Assembly (NCBI GenBank): GCA_037131555.1
Contig: JBAXQU010000007.1
Location: 1,504-65,503 of the forward strand
From: Bacteroidota bacterium
GTDB taxonomy: Bacteria; Bacteroidota; Bacteroidia; 2-12-FULL-35-15
Direction of reading: 5' to 3'
DNA: 64,000 nucleotides
The position numbers were made by a program, and so were the translations under genes. Under the pieces are notes generated by a model, which was not told where the DNA came from, did not search any database, and saw nothing but the letters and a program-made list of their open reading frames with translations. Shown here one piece after another: positions 56,977 to 64,000 of the stretch; the first letter of the stretch is position 1; every line of letters begins with the position of its first letter.

Positions 56977-59052
56977 TTACAATTTAGTTGTTTTTTTGAC
57001 GATAGAATACGATGGAGTGGAAAGCGTAACAAAATACACCCCACTTGTCAAATCATTTTCTCCAAAACTCATTTCAAAGGAATTCTCGCCTTCTCGAAAT
57101 TCTTTTTCATCTATTGTTTTTATTTCTCGACCGTACACATCGGTTATGTTTATTTTTATTTTTTCAGAATGAGGAAGATAAAAATCAATTTTAAAACTAT
57201 TAGTAAAAGGGTTAGGAAATAAACGAATGCTAGATGGGACCATTTGAACATTCATCCCAACTGTACAAACACCCGTTAAATTAGCGTCAATCCATGCAAT
57301 TCTATTTTGTATCCAGTCCTTCATTGCGCTAATCTCAGCAGGATAGTCAGCTGGTATTGGCGAAGGGTTTGGCCAAGTATAAGCACCAAGTATAGGCCAC
57401 GCTTGAAAGTGGCGCACCGTTGCTTCTGTCAAATAATTTGCAACAGAATCAATGAAAGAATCAATGGAAGATAAACTCAATGTGGACTGTCTTAGTTCTG
57501 TCCATCTACATTTAAGATCGGCAACATAAATAGGGTCTTGCATCAACCGATCCCACCAGAATGGAACTTCCCATTGGTCACTGCTGCAAACAGAATTAAA
57601 CTGATATGCCCAACCAATGAATAAATCTCCATCACAATAATTAGCGTTCCACCACGCGAGGTTGTAATCCCAAGCTGGACCAGCAGCAAGTTTACCTCCA
57701 TGTGTTATTTTGTATTTGAATAAATAGGTACTCAGTCTATATCCATCCACATTTTTACTCACTTCATTCAAAATGAAATAATCGATGAATGAGTTAACAT
57801 CAATATATTTTGTATAACCATTCACAGGGTCTGTAAAGTTATTTCCACTCAAAACGGTTTCAAAAGAATCAACATAATTTTGAATATAGGTTTTTTGAAT
57901 GGGAAGGATATTCACATCACTAGGATAATCATATTGATAATATATATTACTACCTACAGAAGTTTGGTAAAGGGAATTCCAACCTGCACCGCCACTTCCT
58001 GTAGTTTTATCAATTTTGATAATGTACCCACCTGTAAGTGCGCTACCTGCTGTGTCTAAATTGGTGAGCTTAGAAATGTTGACTCGGTTTGCATCTCGTT
58101 TGATTTTTTCCATCATCACATATATCCCTTGATATTGACCATTTATTAACAATTCACAGTATTTGCAACGAGATGCATAATGACCAGTTTGATTGGCTAT
58201 TGTATAAGTTAGCACATTCCGCAAACACGTTTTATCATCATATGGTGCATACAGAATCCAATCATTTTCTGTTGGCATGCCAAGAATCATAGTGTCTTTT
58301 TGAATTCCTGCGGTGTCGCGTGTTTCGAACCCATATGATTTTTGGGGAAACATTTGTGAACTAGAACCTCTAATTTGAATCGCAATATTATTGTTGTAAT
58401 CATTAATTGGGTCAGTTAAATAATTTCTTACCCCAAATCCATTGTAGATGATGCCCATGTGGGCAAGAATACTTGGCGAATCAGGAATGTTTTGGTTGTT
58501 AGTATTTATTACCACAATTGGTAAATTTGAAGAAGTAAACAAGAATGGGTGAGCAGGACTATTTCCAAACGTGAGACTCCAAGTAATAACCGAACCTGTA
58601 TCTTGGCCTGCTACATCTTGCACTAACAAGTTCCAATTCCCATTTCCATTTTGTCCATTGTTAAACACCCCAATAAATCCTTGTGGTCGAAAAGAGCCAG
58701 TGAATGGTGCAGATGCTGTAACAATTGAATTGGCTGCAGAGGCGTTCAAACATGTGCTTGTATAATTATCGCCACTGCCTCCGTTAGAAATCGATAAATC
58801 TACAATGCTTCCATCAGGGGCTTGCAACGAAATATGTAAGTCAGCATCCCATGTATGTGTTATGGTAAAACAAACGGTCTCTAGTCCGAAAGTCGTGTCA
58901 ATATTATTTGGTGATAAACCTGAAACGGTCAAGGGGAATTGCACCATTGGCCCTACGTCAGGAATTGACCCTCCTAATAAGCTTGTGAAGGTTTGAGCTT
59001 TATTGACATAGCCTGATATTAGAAAAAAAAGAAACAGAATCACTCTTTTCAT
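56977..59052 (-). CDS. CotH-family kinase with an N-terminal proprotein convertase P-domain and a T9SS type-A CTD
   Basis: Start moved to MKRVILFL. ITHTWDADL...NGNWNLLVQD...DTG (P-domain); IRGSSSQ.FPQKSY, DWIL, YQGIY, NVDGYRLS and GPAWDYN (CotH); CTD LFPNPF...GVYFV. Confidence 0.9.
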   Translation of the reverse strand: MKRVILFLFFLISGYVNKAQTFTSLLGGSIPDVGPMVQFPLTVSGLSPNNIDTTFGLETVCFTITHTWDADLHISLQAPDGSIVDLSISNGGSGDNYTSTCLNASAANSIVTASAPFTGSFRPQGFIGVFNNGQNGNGNWNLLVQDVAGQDTGSVITWSLTFGNSPAHPFLFTSSNLPIVVINTNNQNIPDSPSILAHMGIIYNGFGVRNYLTDPINDYNNNIAIQIRGSSSQMFPQKSYGFETRDTAGIQKDTMILGMPTENDWILYAPYDDKTCLRNVLTYTIANQTGHYASRCKYCELLINGQYQGIYVMMEKIKRDANRVNISKLTNLDTAGSALTGGYIIKIDKTTGSGGAGWNSLYQTSVGSNIYYQYDYPSDVNILPIQKTYIQNYVDSFETVLSGNNFTDPVNGYTKYIDVNSFIDYFILNEVSKNVDGYRLSTYLFKYKITHGGKLAAGPAWDYNLAWWNANYCDGDLFIGWAYQFNSVCSSDQWEVPFWWDRLMQDPIYVADLKCRWTELRQSTLSLSSIDSFIDSVANYLTEATVRHFQAWPILGAYTWPNPSPIPADYPAEISAMKDWIQNRIAWIDANLTGVCTVGMNVQMVPSSIRLFPNPFTNSFKIDFYLPHSEKIKINITDVYGREIKTIDEKEFREGENSFEMSFGENDLTSGVYFVTLSTPSYSIVKKTTKL

Positions 59053-59150
59053 AACTGCGAATTTTCCGTAAAAGTAATTCAAATTTATGAATTATCAATA
59101 TTTCTTAAAGTCCATCAATTTGCTTACTTTTACCGTCCTAAATATCGATT

Positions 59151-60866
59151 GTGGACAAACGTTGGAAATTTAAAGAGAAAGCTGATGCTTCCATCATCAA
59201 TAATCTTTCAAGTGAGATTGGAATCGATAAGGTTCTTGCTAACTTATTAGCACAACGAGGCATTAAAACTTATGCTGAGGCAAAGAAGTTCTTTCGCCCT
59301 TCGCTTGATGATTTGCACGACCCTTATTTAATGAAGGACATGGATAAGGCGATAAGTCGCATTCAAACTGCTATTCAGAAAAATGAAAAAGTTCTCATCT
59401 ATGGTGATTACGATGTTGACGGTACAACTGCCGTGGCTTTGGTGTATTCTTTTTTCAAAAAACATCTCTCAAAAGATATATTACTAGAATATTACATTCC
59501 CGACAGATACACAGAAGGATACGGTATTTCTTTCGCGGGAATTGACTATGCAAAAGAAAATGGATTCAGTTTGATTATTGCTTTGGATTGCGGAATAAAA
59601 GCCAACGAAAAAATAGTTTATGCTACTAAAAATGGTATTGACTTTATTGTTTGCGACCATCACCGCCCAGGAGATATACTTCCTGATGCCATTGCAGTGC
59701 TCGACCCGAAACGAATTGATTGCACTTATCCATTTGACGAACTTTGTGGATGTGGAGTAGGATTCAAACTCATTCAAGCTTACGCACAAAAAAACAATAT
59801 TCCATTCGAAGAACTTTATGAATATCTTGATTTAACAGCCATTTCCATTGCTTCTGATTTGGTGCCTATAGTTGGCGAAAATAGAACGTTGTGTTACTTT
59901 GGATTAAAACAAATTAATGAAAATCCACGAAAAGGGATCAAAGCAATTTTCGAATTAGCCAATATCAAAAGAGAAATTACAGTTAACGAATTAGTCTTTG
60001 TTATTGGACCTCGGATCAACGCTGCAGGTAGAATTGAAACAGGACGAAATGCGGTGGAATTACTTATTTCAGATACGAATGCGATTGCATTATCATCTGG
60101 CCAGAATATAAATATTACCAATAAGGCACGAAGGGCACTTGATGTTGATATTACTGCGCAAGCATTGAGTATGATTGATGAAAGTGAAGTGTTGATTTCA
60201 AGAAAATCAACGGTGCTGTATCACCCTGATTGGCACAAAGGGGTAGTTGGAATTGTCGCTTCTCGTTTAACTGAGAAATATTATCGCCCTACCGTTGTCC
60301 TTACAGAATCTAACGGCAAAGCTACTGGCTCTGCTCGTTCGGTCAAGGATTTTGATGTTTACAATGCTATTGAAGCGTGTGCCGATTTATTAGAACAATT
60401 CGGAGGGCATAAATATGCGGCAGGGTTAACTTTGAAGCTAGAACATCTAGAGGCTTTTCAGCAGCGATTCGAGGAAGTGGTTTCTCAAACAATCGAAGAC
60501 GAAATGTTGATTCCGGAAATAGAGATAGATGATGAATTGGAGTTGAAAAGTATTACACCAAAGTTTTTTAGGGTGTTAAAGCAATTTGCCCCTTTTGGCC
60601 CAGATAATATGTCGCCTGTTTTTATGACAAGCAATATCATAGATAAAGGTTACGTTCGTATAGTTGGAACAAATCATCTGAAAATGGATGTGCAAGCAGC
60701 ACAGAATCCTCGTGAGTTTTTTCCTGCAATTGCATTCGCACAAGCACATCATTTTGATGATGTGCTAAGAAGAAGGATATTTTCGGCTTGTTATGCGATT
60801 GAAGAAAATGAATTTAATGGAACCACTTCTCTTCAATTAAATATCAAAGACATGAAAATGGAGTAG
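59151..60866 (+). CDS. recJ: Single-stranded-DNA-specific exonuclease RecJ
   Basis: IYGDYDVDG, YYIPDR..EGYG, DCG, DHH, PRINAAGR, WHKGVVGIVASRL and GGHKYAAG motifs. Confidence 0.97.
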   Translation: MDKRWKFKEKADASIINNLSSEIGIDKVLANLLAQRGIKTYAEAKKFFRPSLDDLHDPYLMKDMDKAISRIQTAIQKNEKVLIYGDYDVDGTTAVALVYSFFKKHLSKDILLEYYIPDRYTEGYGISFAGIDYAKENGFSLIIALDCGIKANEKIVYATKNGIDFIVCDHHRPGDILPDAIAVLDPKRIDCTYPFDELCGCGVGFKLIQAYAQKNNIPFEELYEYLDLTAISIASDLVPIVGENRTLCYFGLKQINENPRKGIKAIFELANIKREITVNELVFVIGPRINAAGRIETGRNAVELLISDTNAIALSSGQNINITNKARRALDVDITAQALSMIDESEVLISRKSTVLYHPDWHKGVVGIVASRLTEKYYRPTVVLTESNGKATGSARSVKDFDVYNAIEACADLLEQFGGHKYAAGLTLKLEHLEAFQQRFEEVVSQTIEDEMLIPEIEIDDELELKSITPKFFRVLKQFAPFGPDNMSPVFMTSNIIDKGYVRIVGTNHLKMDVQAAQNPREFFPAIAFAQAHHFDDVLRRRIFSACYAIEENEFNGTTSLQLNIKDMKME

Positions 60867-60896
60867 GTAGGAGCCATTTTCAACAAACCAACGTGA

Positions 60897-63350
60897 TTAT
60901 CTAATTTCAGCTCCCGTCTTTTCTTTAAATGTCTTCAAAAGTTTATCCATCACTTTCTCAATCTGCTTATCAGTAAGTGTAGCAGTTTCATCTTGTAAAA
61001 CAAAACTCATTGCATACGACTTTTTATCTGAAGGAAGTTTTTCACCTTCATAAATGTCAAATAGATTTACTGTTTTTAAAATGTTTTTTTCTTCTTGATA
61101 AGCTAATTGTTCAAGTTGTTCGAACTTTATTTTTTTGTCAACTAGTAATGCTAGGTCTCTTCTTACTTCGGGAAATTTAGATGCTTCCTTGTATTGAATA
61201 GTAGAATCATTCACTGTATTTAAAATCAAATCCCAATTAAAATTCGCATAAAATATTTCTTGTTTAATATCCATCATCTTTAGGATGGCCCTTGATATGG
61301 GACCAAACTCGACTATGTTTTTTTTATTCGTGTTATAACTCAAACCATAAGAATATAAATCATTGTTTACTTCCGATGGCTTAATGTCTTTTACTCCTAT
61401 TCGATTAAGGACAGCGTTTACAAAGCCTTTGAGCGAATAGAAGTTCAATGCTTCGTTTTTTGAATTCCAGTTTTCATCTTGTTTCTTTCCAGTTACGAAC
61501 AACGATAAATTCATTGTTTCAATATACTTTGCAGAATCTTCACCTCTTATTGCCATATAGGTTTTGCCAAATTCATAAAGTTTTAAATCGGTATTCTTTC
61601 GGTTCAAATTATAAGAAATTGTCTCTAACCCACCAAATAGAAGCGTTTGTCGCATCACATTCAAGTCACTACTCAATGGATTCATGATGGTTACATCCCG
61701 TTCATCATTCATCGAAGTTGATTTTTTGGTATATTCTCCTTTGGTAAGCGATAAACACATGATTTCTGAAAAGCCATTGTTTGTTAGTGTTTCAGCTACC
61801 ACATGTTGAGTTTTTTCTTTGTCAGGTTTTTCGGAATACGATAAGGAGGAACGAACACTTGTTGGAATATCAATATTATTGTAACCATAGATTCTTAGAA
61901 CTTCTTCTATCACATCTTGCTCTCTAGTAACATCCACCTTGAATGGAGGAACAGCCAACAACAAGGCATCGTGACCTTCATGTTCGATTTCAATTCCCAA
62001 AGACAGAATGATTTTTTTTATGAGTTCTAATTCTATTTGTTTTCCTATCATTTGTTCACATTTTAAAAATGAAAAAGGAACCTTATGATGAGGAATTTTT
62101 TTTGGATAAATATCTACTACTTCCGAAGACACTTCTCCTCCTGAAATTTCTTTGATTATTAAGGCGACACGCTTCAAAGCATACACAGTGATGTTTGGGT
62201 CGGTGCCTCTTTCGAATCGAAAGGATGAATCCGTTTTTAATCCGTGTCGTTTAGATGATTTTCGTATGGAAGTAGAATTGAAATAAGCTGATTCAAGAAA
62301 AATTCTAGTAGTGTGTTCAGTAACTCCCGATTCCGCACCTCCATAAACACCTGCAATGCACATTGGTGTTTCGGCATTACAAATCATCAAATCTTCTGAC
62401 GACAATTCTCGTTCAATTCCATCAAGACTGACAAATTTGGTTTTGTTGGCGAGATTCTTAATGATGATTTTATTCCCTATTATTTTGTCAGCATCAAAAG
62501 CATGAAGGGGTTGACCAGTTTCATGAAGAACATAATTGGTTGCATCTACAATATTGTTGATTGGCCTAAGTCCAATCGCCTTTAATTTATTCTTTAACCA
62601 TTCAGGAGATTCTCCAACCTTAATATTAGACATCATTACACCTGAATAACGAGGACATGCAGTATGGTCTTCAACAATTATTTCAAATTCTGAACTGGTA
62701 GTTTCTACTTCAAATGAACTTACAGATGGAAGTGTTAATATCTGAGATAATTGTTCATTATCCTTGTTACGCAATGCTATTATTGCGGCAAGGTCTCTCG
62801 CAACCCCAATGTGCGATGCAGCGTCAGCTCGGTTAGGCGTCAAACCGATTTCGAACACATAATCTTCTTCTATCTTGAAATATTCACTGGCTGGCATACC
62901 AATCTTGGCCTCATCTTCAAGAATCATGATTCCTGCATGTGAAGTTCCTAATCCTATTTCATCTTCAGCGCATATCATGCCTTCGGATGCTGCACCTCGT
63001 ATCTTTGATTTTTTTATTTCGAATGGTTCGCCAGTTGTTGGATAAAGGATTGCTCCAATAGTCGCCACTATTACCTTTTGGCCGGCTTCCACATTAGGTG
63101 CTCCACATACAATATTGAGTATTGTGCTAGTTCCAACATCAACCGTTGTAATACTCAAACGATCTGCATCAGGATGTTTCTCTTTTGTTTTTACCTCGCC
63201 AACAACAACTCCTTTCAATCCTCCTTTTATGGTTTCATGCTTTTCTATACCCTCCACCTCCAAGCCACAGTCGGTAAGCATTGTGGCAACAGTTTCAGCA
63301 GGCAAGTTGGTATTTATATATTGTTTTAACCAGTTATAGGATATTTTCAT
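60897..63350 (-). CDS. pheT: Phenylalanine--tRNA ligase beta subunit
   Basis: MKISYNWLK, HPDADRL, IVCGAPNV, TPNRAD, GQPLHAFD, RFERG and KFPEVRRDLALL motifs. Confidence 0.98.
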   Translation of the reverse strand: MKISYNWLKQYINTNLPAETVATMLTDCGLEVEGIEKHETIKGGLKGVVVGEVKTKEKHPDADRLSITTVDVGTSTILNIVCGAPNVEAGQKVIVATIGAILYPTTGEPFEIKKSKIRGAASEGMICAEDEIGLGTSHAGIMILEDEAKIGMPASEYFKIEEDYVFEIGLTPNRADAASHIGVARDLAAIIALRNKDNEQLSQILTLPSVSSFEVETTSSEFEIIVEDHTACPRYSGVMMSNIKVGESPEWLKNKLKAIGLRPINNIVDATNYVLHETGQPLHAFDADKIIGNKIIIKNLANKTKFVSLDGIERELSSEDLMICNAETPMCIAGVYGGAESGVTEHTTRIFLESAYFNSTSIRKSSKRHGLKTDSSFRFERGTDPNITVYALKRVALIIKEISGGEVSSEVVDIYPKKIPHHKVPFSFLKCEQMIGKQIELELIKKIILSLGIEIEHEGHDALLLAVPPFKVDVTREQDVIEEVLRIYGYNNIDIPTSVRSSLSYSEKPDKEKTQHVVAETLTNNGFSEIMCLSLTKGEYTKKSTSMNDERDVTIMNPLSSDLNVMRQTLLFGGLETISYNLNRKNTDLKLYEFGKTYMAIRGEDSAKYIETMNLSLFVTGKKQDENWNSKNEALNFYSLKGFVNAVLNRIGVKDIKPSEVNNDLYSYGLSYNTNKKNIVEFGPISRAILKMMDIKQEIFYANFNWDLILNTVNDSTIQYKEASKFPEVRRDLALLVDKKIKFEQLEQLAYQEEKNILKTVNLFDIYEGEKLPSDKKSYAMSFVLQDETATLTDKQIEKVMDKLLKTFKEKTGAEIR

Positions 63351-63375
63351 TTCTACAAAATTAGTTTGCGATTGG

Positions 63376-63383
63376 CAAAAGTA
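63376..63383 (-). promoter_or_regulatory. Bacteroidota -7 promoter element for pheT
   Basis: TACTTTTG on the minus strand, 25 bp upstream of 63350. Confidence 0.65.
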
Positions 63384-63441
63384 ATAAATTATATCAATGA
63401 GGAAAGTTTGTTTTCTTCATAGTATAAAAATTCATTTCAAT

Positions 63442-63474
63442 AAAAAAAGCGCCCTGCTTTAGTTACAGGGCGCT
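63442..63474 (-). terminator. Rho-independent terminator after dnaK
   Basis: AGCGCCCTG...CAGGGCGCT stem with an A tract on its left, which is a U tract on the minus strand. Confidence 0.85.
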
Positions 63475-63495
63475 CTCATTAACTAGTAAAAAATA

Positions 63496-64000
63496 TTATT
63501 TTTTCTCGTCTTTCACTTCTTCAAAATCAACATCAGTCACTTCGCTATCCGTTTTGTTTTCTGCACCTGCATTTCCTTGTGGATTTGCATTTGCATCAGC
63601 AGCACCTTGTGTAGCATTGTACATGTCTTGTGAAGCAGCTTGCCAAGCAGTGTTTAGTTTGTCAAGCGCAGCATCAATACCTGTCAAATCTTTAGAAGCG
63701 TGAGCAGTTTTTAATTCTGTTAAAGCACCTTCAATTACCGATTTTTTCTCAGCCGGAATCTTGTCTCCATATTCCTTTAATTGTTTTTCGGTTTGGAAAA
63801 TGGTTGAATCTGCAGTATTGATTTTTTCGATTTCTTCTTTTGCTTTTTTGTCAGCTTCCGCATTTGCGTCTGCATCAGCTTTCATTCGTTTTATTTCATC
63901 ATCAGTTAATCCCGATTTTGCTTCAATGCGGATGTTGTGCGATTTTCCGGTTGCTTTATCTTTTGCCGAAACTTGAAGAATACCGTTAGCATCTATATCG
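63496..64000 (-). CDS. dnaK: Chaperone DnaK, C-terminal part (5' end outside window)
   Basis: From the window edge the minus strand reads [19 protein letters not shown]...[10 protein letters not shown]...EANAEADKK...VTDVDFEEV. Confidence 0.96.
   Translation of the reverse strand, partial: DIDANGILQVSAKDKATGKSHNIRIEAKSGLTDDEIKRMKADADANAEADKKAKEEIEKINTADSTIFQTEKQLKEYGDKIPAEKKSVIEGALTELKTAHASKDLTGIDAALDKLNTAWQAASQDMYNATQGAADANANPQGNAGAENKTDSEVTDVDFEEVKDEKK

Noticed and set aside
9236-59082. Longer starts in the ORF track (9236, 40354, 42747, 43505, 52570, 59082)
   Set aside because: Downstream ATGs (9254, 40291, 42804, 43514, 52585, 59052) give MK-type signal peptides, and in two cases (9236, 40354) the extension overlaps a promoter motif.
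115-63976. Many short antisense or overlapping ORFs in the supplied track (e.g. 3045-3401, 30620-30961, 40418-40780, 56884-57222)
   Set aside because: They overlap well-supported genes, lack motifs and look like shadow frames.
1-64000. tRNA, rRNA, IS, prophage or integrase features
   Set aside because: None recognised; the larger intergenic gaps contain AT-rich DNA, terminators or the tandem arrays.

Overview
AT-rich chromosomal window from a Bacteroidota bacterium, judged by TAnnTTTG -7 promoter motifs, type IX secretion (T9SS) cargo and a PorP/SprF gene. Housekeeping genes (alaS 3' end, DUF4271, hemD, rnpA, yidD, S41 protease, engB, ppiD-like, purL, mtgA, recJ, pheT, dnaK 3' end) frame about 50 kb dominated by cell-surface proteins. 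These include six type-A and three type-B T9SS cargoes, among them a 5667-aa giant and a 1934-aa NIDO protein, plus one PorP/SprF, two TPR proteins and a TPR-PD40 protein ending in a TolA-like stalk. I found no rRNA, tRNA, CRISPR-Cas, reverse transcriptase, transposase or integrase. The main unexplained signals are three intergenic tandem arrays (periods 21, 42 and 21 bp) made of short-dyad units, each upstream of a T9SS cargo gene; a 2.8-kb cassette bounded by an imperfect inverted repeat; and the giant protein's design, with passenger domains inserted into split Ig hosts and cysteine co-loss suggesting inter-domain disulfides. All domain calls come from motifs read by eye, not from database searches.
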